Shown: positions 1-50,027 of the stretch, piece by piece
How the letters are laid out: every line of letters starts with the position of its first letter
Numbering within the stretch: the stretch's first letter is position 1
Assembly (NCBI GenBank): GCA_965153355.1
Contig: OZ231126.1
Location: 30,566,001 to 30,630,000 of the forward strand
DNA length: 64,000 nt
From: Flaccisagitta enflata
Taxonomy: Eukaryota
Direction of reading: 5' to 3'
Notes under the pieces: model-generated
What the model saw: the letters and a program-made list of their open reading frames with translations, nothing else
Databases searched by the model: none
Told to the model about the DNA's origin: nothing
Program-made: the position numbers and the translations under genes

Positions 1-15870
<15,870 letters not shown>

Positions 15871-15890
<20 letters not shown>

Positions 15891-16058
15891 TATGCCTTTA
15901 CTTCTATGTGTTGTATATTTGCGAAGGAGATCTCAATGACAAAGCTTCCATTATGCCTTTACTTCTATGTGTTGTATATTTGCGAAGGAGATCTCAATGA
16001 CAAAGCTGCCATTATGCCTTTACTTCTATGTGTTGTGCATTTCCGATGACAATCTCAA
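15871..16058 (-). repeat. 61-bp triplication spanning the predicted gene C start codon
   Basis: ATGs at 16012, 15951 and 15890 in identical context aaggcataATGG. Confidence 0.92.
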
Positions 16059-17242
16059 TCGTTGAGGCAAAAGTGGTTTCAGGGTCAGGATAAGTTTTTT
16101 TAGGCGATCGCGAGAAATCAAATCTAGAAATATTCGGAGTTTTAAGTTAGGTGTAGACTGGCGGAACTCGACGTGAGATTGTACGTTGACTGTTCATTTA
16201 CATTTGTACTGTTCTTCGGTTTGTTCTGTTTTGTTTAGTCTCGTTTTGCTCCTTCATTTTCTTTTGACCAACTTTCAAAACGTTACAAGAAAGGGCATTT
16301 AAAATCACAGACAAAATCGATTAGTTAGCTGCCATGTGTTGTAAATTTTCACAGTCACTGAAAAAAAGGAAACAATTGTAGATCAAAAGAGAGAATGTGG
16401 CAACTACGAAATGGGCGAATTTCGAAATCATAAGTTATTCGTGTGCTAGAAACTTGAATCCAATCAGTTATTCTCTTGATTTGATAAATGTAAAAAAAAA
16501 AACAACCAAAATCGGACGAAGACGATCATGGATCATTCTCAAAAATAGTAAACCAATGGTAAATTAATTGCCAATGGACAATGGTAAACCAATTGCGCGC
16601 TTGGCATCTTAACCGTTGTGGTCAGATCTCACATCTCCGCGGGTTGGATTTGATTTTGCTGATTTGTTTCTTTCTGTAGATTAAATAGATTTCGTTTCGT
16701 TGATTTGGTTTCAGGTCGTATGTGGCTTCATAAGTTCTCAGCACGCAGCCGTTTCCGTAATTGTACCAATTTCATTGGCGTAAACATGTCAGTGTGCCTT
16801 TCGTTCAGGCGTGGCAAGTGAATTGGATAACAAAATAAAAAAAAAAATGACGGAGGAAGAGTAATTGGTCACGAAAATAAGGTGACAATAACAACAAGGT
16901 GTCACTAGTGGCTGACAGCTAACACGGATCATTAGTGAGTGGTAAAAGACTTTTACATGATACACGGATGACAAGTGACAGAGTTACTCAGGTGATACAC
17001 AAGTGATAAACTGCAACTGAAACAAAAATAACTTAGTTAAGAAAAATCAGTGACCCTGTTTTCATGGTGCCTTTGAAACGGTGAATAGGGACTAGTTCGA
17101 GCATTGAAAACCGAGTTTTGAACGAAGGAGAGTTATCCATTCTTTTTTTGATTGATAGCATTTTTTTCAATAGTTTTTCCTCGTTGAAGGTAATTGTTTT
17201 CAAATCTATTCCATCCAAGAGACCTTCTTTCATCACATTTTT

Positions 17243-27554
<10,312 letters not shown>

Positions 27555-28574
27555 GATGTCAACGTTTAAAATACGAGACGGAAGATGATGGTAAAGATAT
27601 CTGAGTTGTGGACGACGATAAAGTGGACATGAAGACTAATCGCGAAAGAAGAAGAAGAGAAGGAGGGCTGAAATTTTCCGGGCAAAATTTGGACTTTTAT
27701 CAGCATATGACTTGAGATCAATCGGAATGAATTTTTAATCTTTTTTATTTCTTTTTTCTTTTTTGGCAAGCGTTTTTTTTTAAACTGTCTTCGTTTTGAT
27801 TTCCATGTATAAAAGTCAGCGATTGACAAAAAAATGGTTTGAGGATTTATCGTGACTTGAATTTTTCTTTTATCATGTTTCTAGTGACGCGCTTGTTTCA
27901 AAAAACGCGGTTGTTCCCGTCAAACGCGATTACAGTGTGAACACATATCATTGAATTTCACTGTCCCACGAGGGAGTGAGCGAAGTGAGTCGGCGAGCCC
28001 GTGAGCAAAGCCAGCGAGCGTAGCAAACCGCAGTGCGAGCGTAGCGAAGCGCAGAGCGAATAAGCGGAGTGAGCGATGCGAGCGAACGAACGTAGCGAGC
28101 GACCGAGTGGCCCGTTAAATACACGATTGTCTCTGACTAGAAACGTCCCCTATGGCTTTATGAGGTTCATCACTTTTGCTCATATTCATATCACATTTTG
28201 CGCATTTTGCAACGCGTCAGCAATATTTTCAAGTCTTCTTGTTGCGGTCATTATCTCGCCGAGTTTGTCATCAATCTCTTCGCTGCGCGCTCGTGGCTAA
28301 TATTGCAGAAAATCGCGCGCGTGAACACGCGGGCAGATGAAAACGCGCGCGTGCGTGTGCGTGTAACCCTGATTGGATGGAAACTCTGTAACACGAAAAC
28401 GGGTAAAAGCAAAAAAGATGACGCTTTTCGAGTATTTGGCGAAAGCATAAACACAAACAAAGGAACGGATAAAAAGTATAATGGAATACGATACTGAGTG
28501 AAAGGGAAAACAACGTTGTGTCATACTTGAAGTATTATTTTTATTTCGTCAAGTGAAATCATTCTGGTCTGGTT

Positions 28575-28618
<44 letters not shown>

Positions 28619-28871
28619 GTTTTTTTTTTCTTATTTTATCTTCCTTTTTTTTTGTATCATTTTTTAGTGTATTCTTGTTCATAAGTTAGATCTATGATCC
28701 ATAACTCTTCTGGATAGGATAAAATGAAAAAATGATAGCGAAACGGACGCATACTAGTACATGATTATGCCCATGGAAATGTGAATAAACGAATTAGTCA
28801 ATACGAGTAAATTTGGAATTGTTAAAAGTGAGCAAGAATTCATTTGAGCATTCTTGGTTGGAAGGTTGAAA

Positions 28872-30978
28872 AACAAGGCCAACACCTATAAGTCGCGTGC
28901 AGGACAAAAATAACTGAACTGAACTGACTCCTTATTGTATCTTTTTATCGAAAATCAAACTTAAAAGCAACCCAAAACAGACCCAAACCAGACCCAAACC
29001 AGACTCAAACCAGACTCAAACCAGACTCAAACCAGACTCAAACCAGACTCAAACCGGAATTAAACCAGACCTAAATCAGACATAAACCAGACATAAACCA
29101 GATTTAAGCCAGACTCAAACCAGACTCAAACCAGACTCAAACCAGACTCAAACCAGACTCAAACCAGACTCAAACCAGACTCAAACCAGACTCAAACCAG
29201 ACTCAAACCAGACTCAAACCAGACTCAAACCAGACTCAAACCAGACTCAAACCAGACTCAAACCAGACTCAAACCAGATTCAAAAAGACAGACCAAACCA
29301 GAAAAACCAGGCTCAAACCAGGCTCAAACCAGGCTCAAACTAGAATCAAACCAGACTCAAACCAGACTCAAACCAGACTCAAACCAGACTCAAACAAGAA
29401 TTAAACCAGACCAAAACCAGACCAAAACCAGACCAAAACCAGACCTAAATCAGACCTAAATCAGATCTAAATCAAACAAAAACCAGACACAAACCAGACA
29501 TACACCAGACCTAACCCAGACCTAAACCAGACATAAATCAGACATGAACCAGTCTTAAACCAGACTTAAACCAGACTTAAACCAGAGTTAAACCAGACTT
29601 AATCCAGACTTAAACCAGACTTAAACCATACTTATCTTCAATATCATTTTAACCAGCAGACTTAAACCAGCAGACTTAAACCATTAGACCTGCAGACTTA
29701 AACCATTAGATTTAAACCAGCAGACTTCAACCAGCAGACTTTAACCAGCAGACTTTAACCAAAATGACCAAAAATGACCAAAAATGACCAAAATGACCAA
29801 AATGACCAAAATGACCAAAATGACCAAAGATGACCAAAGATGACCATAAATGACCAAGAATGACCAATTTGGCCAAAATAACCAAAAATGACCAAAAATG
29901 ACCAAACATGACCAAAATGACCAAAAACGAACAAAAATGTCCAAAAAAGACCAAAAATGACCAAAAATAACAAAAATGGACCAAAAATGACCAAAAACGA
30001 CCAAAAATGACCAAAATGACCAAAAACGACCCAAAAATGACCAAAAATGACCAAAGATGACCAAAAATGACCAAATATGACCAAAAATTATCAAAGTGAC
30101 CTAAAATGACCTAAAATGACCTCAAATGACCTGAAAAGTCCAAAAATGACCAAAAATGACCAAAAATGACAAAAAATGACACAAAATGACCCAAGATGAC
30201 CCAAGATGACCCAAAATGACCAAAAATGATCAAAAATGACCAAAATTGATCAAAAATGACCAAAATGACCAACATGACCAAAATGCCCAAAAATGATAAA
30301 AAAAGACCAAAAATGACAAAAAATGATCAAAAATAGCCAGAAATGTCCAAAAATGACACAAAATGACCCAAAACAACCCAAAATGACCCAAAATGACCAA
30401 AAATGACCAAAAATGATCAAATATGACCAAAATTGATCAAAAATGACCAAAATGACCAAAATGACCAAAATGACCAAAAATGACCAAAAATGACCAAAAA
30501 TGACAAAAAAATGATCAAAAATAACCAGAAATGACCCAAAATGATCAAAAATGATCAAAAATGATCAAAAATGATCAAAAATGATCAAAAATGACCAAAA
30601 ATGACCAAAATGACCAAAATGGCCAAAATGACAAAAATGATCAAAGTGACCAAAAATGACCAAAAATGATCAAAAATGATTAAAAATGATTAGAAATGAT
30701 TAAAAATGATTATGAATGATCAAAAACGACCAAAAATGACCAAAAATGACCAAAAATGACCAAAATGACCAAAATGACCAAAATGACCAAAAATGACCAA
30801 AAATGACCAAAAATGACTAAAAGCAACCAAAAATGACCAAAAATGACTAAAAGCAACCAAAAATGACCAAAAATGACACATAAAAGCAAAGTGTTACCGA
30901 CCGACCGACCGACCGACCGACGGACCGACCGACCGACCGACAGAGCGGGTTGTAGAGTCGCGTGCACGCGACTAAAAA
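28872..30978 (-). mobile_element. HINE-like element swollen to 2.1 kb by internal satellites
   Basis: aacaaggccaacacct..agtcgcgtgc left end and cgac repeats..agtcgcgtgcacgcgactaaaaa right end; short sister copy at 50763-51004. Confidence 0.72.
28975..30880. repeat. Compound satellite: (AAACCAGACTC)n, then (AACCAGCAGACTTW)n, then (AAAATGACC[A])n
   Basis: 11-mer about 28975-29630, 14-mer about 29650-29760, 9/10-mer about 29755-30880. Confidence 0.95.
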
Positions 30979-31822
30979 TCTCTATCTTCCATAATATCAC
31001 TGTGCATCAGATGTAGGGTATGTACATGGCAAGATTGAGTGCTGCCAGGAATTTCAAATGCTTACTTTTCTGAGATTAGTGAGGGAGACAGTAGCATGGT
31101 GTTGAGCGATAAAAATAGACCTGATTCGATAAAGATTTTTAAAGATGATTTTGATAATGAAGCCCAAACTATGTTCCCTCTTCGAAGGAACTGATAAAAC
31201 GGCGCATGAAGTCAATAGAGTTGAGCTTCACGAGAACGCATGTCACGGGACTAAGCAAAAATATGCCTTACAGTGAAGCTGACTTATTGCCAAAATAGAA
31301 ACAACTACAAAAGTTTATTGGCGGGCATGCCTTATAAGCGGGTGCGCCCTAGCGGTGCTCCGCTGTATTTTAAAACTGTCATCGTTGTGTCATCATAAAG
31401 ATTCTTTTTGCAAACAAAAAATAAATCATCAACAAAAATAACAGGGTGACAAGATCATGAAATAACGTTCAATTGGTATCTTCATCCTAGCACATGAAAA
31501 GAGTAACAGTCACAGCCAGACAAAAACAGTTATTGACAAGTATAAAAGAGAATAAAATGCCCATTCAGTGTCCATGATCAACAGCGACATTTCATGATAC
31601 ATCATCACTAGAAAACAATTTAACAGCATGACATGGACACGACAATGACGACATGTTAAAAAAACCGGGTACAAAAAAGCCCGGTCAAGAAGATTAATGG
31701 CAAAGAAAGGCGGTTTTTTGAGTAGGTTGAATATTAATCATGAGTGATGGGTTAGAATTACGCACATTCAAGCATACTGAGAATAAAGCCCAGCTATCTA
31801 TAAAAATTGACATTCTACGTTT

Positions 31823-32433
31823 AACCATGGCCAAAAAAAACAAAAACCGGACAACATGTTTGTCAGTATTTAACACCCAAGCAATGAGAAAAATTAAGGA
31901 AGATTAAGGACAGTTTTGAAGCTCTGCGAAAGATCTTTTATATGAGACATTGCTGGTTGTCTCAGCATTATTCGTTTAGAAATGGCATTGAAATGAAAAC
32001 AGATTGTCGGGAATTTGAGAATTCACTACAGAATTTTCATGTTTTTTGTTTAATTAACATAGGAAATAAACGCATTGAGTAAAAAATTTGTTCTTGACAC
32101 CATTTTGAAGAAAATTCGAAGCTCTTTAATTTGCTCATGGATATCAAGTAGCTGTGACAAATCTGAGTTGCATTATTAAGAAAAACGTTGAGACAAAAAT
32201 TTTTGATAGAAATAAAAGATATATATATAATATTTGCCTCTTTTCCAATCGGTGATATTTTTCTCCAAACCTATGCCATTTCACAACGAATAAAGCTACA
32301 GATACCAGCAAGGAGGCTGTAGAAAGAATTTTCGAAGATCTTTCTAATGGTCATGAATTTTTTATTGATCAAGCTTTTTGGTTAGCAGAAATAAGCAAAA
32401 CAAGTTGTCCGGTTATTTTCTTTGCCATTGTTA
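31823..32433. mobile_element. MITE family with ACTATGGC..GCCATAGT-like ends
   Basis: TIRs visible; related copies at about 57464-58043 and 58367-59343. Confidence 0.7.
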
Positions 32434-33137
32434 TGTCAGCAAAAGACACGTCACTTCTCTGCATAATAGTTTTTCTTGAGCAAAATGTTCGATAAAATAA
32501 TCTAATTAACCCCCATTGCATCGTAAATTCATCCTTCTCTCCCATTTTTTTTTTCGTGCTGATGGGTAAACGATGTGTAAAGATATGATCACATTGTTGT
32601 TAGCTTTGTTCCACGTCGATCGTAAGTAGGATGGCAATAGTAGAAATTACAAATAAAAGCAAAGTGAGTTCATTTCACTCCTTCATTTATTCATTCATTC
32701 ATTCATTCATTCCATTCATTCATTCCTTCCTTCCTTCCTTCCTTCCTTCCTTCCTTCCTTCCTTCCTTCCTTCCTTCCTTCCTTTCTTCCTTCCTTTCTT
32801 CCTTCCTTCCTTCCTTCCTTCCTTCCTTCCTTCCTTCCTTCCTTCCTTCCTTCAATCATTCATTCATTCATGCATTCATTTATTCATTCATTCAATCAAC
32901 ACAGATCATAATCAAGGGTTAGAAAGACATTGTGGTGTGAGTGATTGTGTGTAACATATAATAATTGCGTCGTAGTCCGATGGAAGATGATATTCATAGT
33001 CAAAATCGGTTGATATGTGCCTAAAAACGTGACATATTACGCTTGGCAAATTATGGAATTAGACATGCAGCTGGGTAGCGAATAGAATTGTCTTTGACGC
33101 CGCGCGGCATATGGAACCCCCAAATACAGGTGGGAGG

Positions 33138-33303
33138 TCAAATTCTCGATGTTGGGTGTCGCACCAGCACGTCCTCGATGCTGAGCGTTACACTGCACAA
33201 ACAGTGCTAGGTGACACACCGTGCTAGAGGTTTTGATGCTAGGTGTCACACCACCACATTCTCGATGTTGGGTGTCGCACCGGCACGTCCTTAATGCTAG
33301 GTG

Positions 33304-33333
<30 letters not shown>
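33138..33333 (-). repeat. Degenerate 29-bp tandem repeat across the gene A stop codon, about 7 units
   Basis: acgccgactattgaggatgtgccggcgtg / acacctagcattaaggacgtgccggtgcg / acacccaacatcgagaatgtggtggtgtg ... Confidence 0.8.
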
Positions 33334-44204
<10,871 letters not shown>

Positions 44205-46659
44205 GATGACAGTCGAAGTTGACGCAAAAGAAAAATGACAGTGGGAAATCTTGGCCGTTAACATCTAGCAAGCAAATGAGCAAATCATCAGACGTGGCTT
44301 TAGAATTGAAATGAGATCAATGACGATTTTTTTTAGCTTTTTAGGTGCGCCAAAGCACCAGTTTAATATTAACAAAATTAATAGGCTGTGTCCGTTGGTT
44401 GGTTGGTTGGTTGGTTGGTCGGTTGGTCTGTCGGTCGGGTTACGGATTCGTTCGACGATCCACCCGGCGCACCTTATTGGCCTATTTGGCCTTGTTTAAA
44501 GGCGTTAGCGTTAATCATTAAATAAAGTCCAACCCCATGTATTTCACAAGATCTGGACGTCGATGTTCCCTCCATAGCGAAGAACATTCGCAGTGTGCGT
44601 TTTCAATTTGAGCACTATGATTTCTTGATTTTTTAGAAAATTTTTGGAGGATAAAATGTTAATTTTGTGAAAAGACGCAATATTTTTTGTACATGAACTC
44701 TATCCTTTAGTTCGTTTTTTGTCCACCGTGAATTAGATTAGTTTTGTTGTAAATTTGACGCACAAATCACTTCCTTGTTTAATTCGTTTTGCATCAATTA
44801 TTTTGTGTACCATCATATTTTTTTGTCCACGGCCGTTAATTAGCGGGATTTTTCACATTTTCTAAAGATAAAAAAGAGGCGAAAGTTAATCAATTTAGTT
44901 TGGCAAAATATTGTCCGTTAAATCATTCGGTCCGAAGCCACGTGCGCGTGCGGTGGATACGCAGTTGCGCGCCATGTCTCAGATCATATCCGTGGCTGGG
45001 ATGGATTTCATTTAACTGGAAATGCGTTGCTAATCTCAAGAAGCCCAACCACAAATTCCGCAAAGAATTAGAGCATTTCAGGGTAATAGTAAGCAATGCC
45101 AAATAATGACCAATATGTGCGCCTCGCTGAACAATTTCTAAGAATGAACGTTGTTTAGCAACGAATGATGTTTTATGAATGAATGATCATCAATGAATGG
45201 AAGATTAAATGGACAAAATGAATGATTCTCTGCACAATTTTGTTTTTTTTTCCGAATCCTCCGCCAGAGCGAAGCTTTAATTGAATAGCTTCGGGCGGTA
45301 ATACATACCCGGCCAACCCTTAGTCCTAAAGCTAACCCTGTCCCTAACCCTAACCCTAAAACTATCCCCAACCCTAACCCTAACCCTAAACCCGCCCCTA
45401 ACCCTAATTCTAAAGACCGCTTAAAAAGTCTTAAAAATAAAAGATCACAGATGATCGTACAATAGTACCGATTAGGACGGCGCTGTTCTTTTGTTGAAAT
45501 TCCCTCAGTTTTTGTGTTTCTCACGAATGCGTCGCCGACCGACCAACGGACGCAGTCTCTCATACATACTTAGATATGAGAGGACGCACATAATAAGTTT
45601 TCTAGTTTCATTAATGGCAAAAAGGCAGCTTCCGCACCAATGTAACTTTACAGAATCTTCTAAGATGTTTTTTCATAAAATTATGAGACATTGCTTCCAC
45701 TGTAAATCAATCCGATTAGTGCCGTTATGGTGCAATTCTCAATTAGCGTACAAACATTTCCTTTTTTCTAATATTCAATTTTTCAGACAGAAACTCCTTT
45801 GTATCAATTACTGGAGACGAATATTTGTAGTTGCGGACACGCAACTCTGTAAGAGACTTTATCCGTCCGTCCGTCCGTTGGTCCATCCACAGGTCCGTGG
45901 TGATCGAGTTGATAAGTGGAAAAACGTGCACTTTTGATACTTTTTGTGAATGTTTGTGTGTGGGGTTGAGGGTTTGGGTGTAGATGGGGGTTGGAAGCCC
46001 CTGCCCACCCGTCCGCAACGATATTGTGACCCCGCGTCACTTGTTTGTCATTGTCTTCAATCTTATCTTTTGGATAAATCTATATACAATACATTTATAG
46101 ATTTTTTTCTTTTTTTGCGCTAAATTTCTCTTTCTCGGCGTTTTGAAAGGTTAAGAATGAAAAGATTGTTATGAAGTAAAATCTCCAACCGAAAAACAAC
46201 TTGACTATTTGAAATTGTCACAGTTTTAAAGATCAACTTGTTGGAAGCATTAAGGCTTTAAGCATAAGTCGAACGACGTTTGACTGATAGAAAAAGGGAA
46301 ACAATGGATGTGTGAATACAAAAGCACGCAGCTGTTGTTGTAAATAACATTGGCATTTACACAACAAAGCTAGACATAATCGTCAGTTAATATTCATGAG
46401 AAGGATCGTAAAATGCAGAAGGCGATTTTGTTCGCGGCTACTTGGCCATTGGATATCATTTTTTGAAGGACACCTGTTACGCATTTGATCGGACAAAATC
46501 TGCACAGGCTGCTTAGCATTGTATTTCTTTTGTGTTTTACTTTTTTCAATTTTCCTTTTTTCAATAGTTACAGTAAAGTAGATAGTTATGATGCAATTAT
46601 CTGGCAAAAAATACATAACGACGCAAGTAGATTATGTCATGGGTCATTTTGATAAAAAG

Positions 46660-49600
46660 AACAAGGCCGGGGACACGGCCAATACCAGTTGCGGACGGGT
46701 GGGCAGGTGATTTAGGTGTTTGGGTGGTTTTAGGGGTGTCGGTGATGGTGATTTGGGGGTTTTGGGTGGTGGTTGGGTATATAACGCCTCTAGTATGCCA
46801 AAACGACCCATAGTGTTGGTGATTTAGGTGTTTGGGTGGTTTTAGGGGTGTCGGTGATGGTGATTTGGGGGTTTTGGGTGGTGGTTGGGTATATAACGCC
46901 TCTAGTATGCCAAAACGACCCATAGTGTTGGTGATTTAGGTGTTTGGGTGGTTTTAGGGGTGTCGGTGATGGTGATTTGGGGGTTTTGGGTGGTGGTTGG
47001 GTATATAACGCCTCTAGTATGCCAAAACGACCCATAGTGTTGGTGATTTAGGTGTTTGGGTGGTTTTAGGGGTGTCGGTGATGGTGATTTGGGGGTTTTG
47101 GGTGGTGGTTGGGTATATAACGCCTCTAGTATGCCAAAACGACCCATAGTGTTGGTGATTTAGGTGTTTGGGTGGTTTTAGGGGTGTCGGTGATGGTGAT
47201 TTGGGGTTTGGGTGGTGGTTGGGTATATAATCTAGTATGTCCCTACACTCCGGATAGAGTTGGTGATTTAGGTGTTTGGGTGGTTTTAGGGGTGTCGGTG
47301 ATGGTGATTTGGGGGTTTTGGGTGGTGGTTGGGTATATAACGCCTCTAGTATGCCAAAACGACCCATAGTGTTGGTGATTTAGGTGTTTGGGTGGTTTTA
47401 GGGGTGTCGGTGGTGATTTGGGGTTTTGGGTGGTGGTTGGGTATATAACGCCTCTAGTATGCCAAAACGACCCATAGTGTTGGTGATTTAGGTGTTTGGG
47501 TGGTTTAGAGGTGTCAGTGGATGGTGATTTGGGGGTTTTGGTGGTGGTTGGGTATATAACGCCTCTAGTGTGCCAAAAGCGACCCATAGTGTTGGTGATT
47601 TAGGTGTTTGGGTGGTTTTAGGGGTGTCGGTGATGGTGATTTGGGGGTTTTGGGTGGTGGTTGGGTATATAACGCCTCTAGTATGCCAAAACGACCCATA
47701 GTGTTGGTGATTTAGGTGTTTGGGTGGTTTTAGGGGTGTCGGTGATGGTGATTTGGGGGTTTTGGGTGGTGGTTGGGTATATAACGCCTCTAGTGCAAAA
47801 CGACCCATAGTGTTGGTGATTTAGGTGTTTGGGTGGTTTTAGGGGTGTCGGTGGTGATTTGGGGTTTGGGTGGTGGTTGGGTATATAACGCCTCTAGTAT
47901 GCCAAAACCACCCATAGTGTTGGTGATTTAGGTGTTTGGGTGGTTTTAGGGGTGTCGGTGATGGTGATTTGGGGGTTTTGGGTGGTGGTTGGGTATATAA
48001 CGCCTCTAGTATGCCAAAACACCCATAGTGTTGGTGATTTAGGTGTTTGGGTGGTTTTAGGGGTGTAGGTGATGGTGATTTGGGGGTTTTGGGTGGTGGT
48101 TGGGTATATAACGCCTCTAGTATGCCAAAACGACCCATAGTGTTGGTGATTTAGGTGTTTGGGTGGTTTTAGGGGTGTTGGTGATGGTGATTTGGGGGTT
48201 TTGGGTGGTGGTTGGGTATATAACGCCTCTAGTATGCCAAAACCACCCATAGTGTTGGTGATTTAGGTGTTTGGGTGGTTTTAGGGGTGTCGGTGATGGT
48301 GATTTGGGGGTTTTGGGTGGTGGTTGGGTATATAACGCCTCTAGTATGCCAAAACCACCCATAGTGTTGGTGATTTAGGTGTTTGGGTGGTTTTAGGGGT
48401 GTCTGGTGATGGTGATTTGGGGGTTTTGGGTGGTGGTTGGGTATATAACGCCTCTAGTATGCCAAAACCACCCATAGTGTTGGTGATTTAGGTGTTTGGG
48501 TGGTTTTTGGGGTGTCGGTGATGGTGATTTGGGGGTTTTGGGTGGTGGTTGGGTATATAACGCCTCTAGTATGCCAAAACCACCCATAGTGTTGGTGATT
48601 TAGGTGTTTGGGTGGTTTTAGGGGTGTCGGTGATGGTGATGGTGATTTGGGGTTTTGGGTGGTGGTTGGGTATATAACGCCTCTAGTATGCCAAAACGAC
48701 CCATAGTGTTGGCGATTTAGGTGTTTAGGTGAATTAGGGGTGTTGGTGATGGTGATTTGGGGGTTTTGGGTGGTGGTTGGGTATATAACGCCTCTAGTAT
48801 GCCAAAACGACCCATAGTGTTGGTGATTTAGGTGTTTGGGTGGTTTTTAGGTGTCGGTGATGGTGATTTGGGGGTTTGGGTGGTGGTTGGGTATATAACG
48901 CCTCTAGTATGCCAAAACGACCCATAGTGTTGGTGATTTAGGTGTTTGGGTGGTTTTAGGGGTGTCGGTGATGGTGATTTGGGGTTTTGGGTGGTGGTTG
49001 GGTATATAACGCCTCTAGCCAAAACGCCCCATAGTGTTGGTGATTTAGGTGTTTGGGTGGTTTTAGGGGTGTCGGTGATGGTGATTTGGGGGTTTTGGGT
49101 GGTGGTTGGGTATATAACGTCTCTAGTATGCCAAAGCGACCCATAGTGTTGGTGATTTAGGTGTTTGGGTGGTTTTAGGGTGTAATGGTGATTTGGGGGT
49201 TTTGGGTGGTGGTTGGTTATATAACGCTCTAGTATGCCAAAACCACCCAGTGTTGGTGATTTAGGTGTTTGGGTGGTTTTAGGGGTGTCGGTGATGGTGA
49301 TTTGGGGGTTTTGGGTGGTGGTTGGGTATATAACGCCTCTAGTATGCCAAAAACCATAGTGTTGGTGATTTAGGTGTTTGGGTGGTTTTAGGGTGTGTGA
49401 TGGTGGTTGGGGTTTTGGGTGGTGGTTGGGTATATAACGCCTCTAGTATGCCAAAACCACCCATAGTGTTGGTGATTTAGGTGTTTGGGTGGTTTTAGGG
49501 GTGTCGGTGATGGTGATTTGGGGGTTTTGGGTGGTGGTTGGGTATATAACGCCTCTAGTATGCCAAAACGACCCATAGTGTTGGTGATTTAGGTGTTTGG

Positions 49601-50027
49601 GTGGTTTTAGGGGTGTCGGTGATGGTGATTTGGGGGTTTTGGGTGGTGGTTGGGTATATAACGCCTCTAGTATGCCAAAACGACCCATAGTGTTGGTGAT
49701 TTAGGTGTTTGGGTGGTTTTAGGGGTGTCGGTGATGGTGATTTGGGGGTTTTGGGTGGTGGTTGGGTATATAACGCCTCTAGTATGCCAAAACGACCCAT
49801 AGTGTTGGTGATTTAGGTGTTTGGGTGGTTTTAGGGGTGTCGGTGATGGTGATTTGGGGGTTTTGGGTGGTGGTTGGGTATATAACGCCTCTAGTATGCC
49901 AAAACGACCCATAGTGGGGCGGAAATGCGCGTTTTCACACTTTCCAACTCGATCACCATGACGGACCGATCGACGGACGGACCGACGGACGGACAAAGCC
50001 TCTTATAGAGTTGCGTGTCCGCAACTA
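46660..50027 (-). mobile_element. HINE-like element containing a 3.2-kb satellite
   Basis: Flanks join to give the element seen intact at 6954 and 57093 (gggtgggcagg|ggcggaaatgcgcg). Confidence 0.8.
46706..49915. repeat. 112-bp tandem satellite, about 29 copies, strongly G/T-skewed
   Basis: Period 112 (ggtgattt at 46706, 46818, ...); unit tgatttaggtgtttgggtgg...gacccatagtgttgg. Confidence 0.97.

Noticed and set aside
29727-31000. FGHFWSFLVI-repeat ORFs
   Set aside because: They are translations of the AAAATGACC satellite in all frames.
45318-45410. (CCCTAA)n-like run as a telomere or fusion site
   Set aside because: It is short, degenerate and internal; such runs are common inside invertebrate repeats, and nothing else indicates a chromosome end.
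46706-49915. 112-bp array as a CRISPR array or as coding ORFs (MGRFGILEALY...)
   Set aside because: There are no unique spacers and no cas genes, the context is eukaryotic, and the period is not a multiple of 3, so the ORFs are by-products of the repeat.
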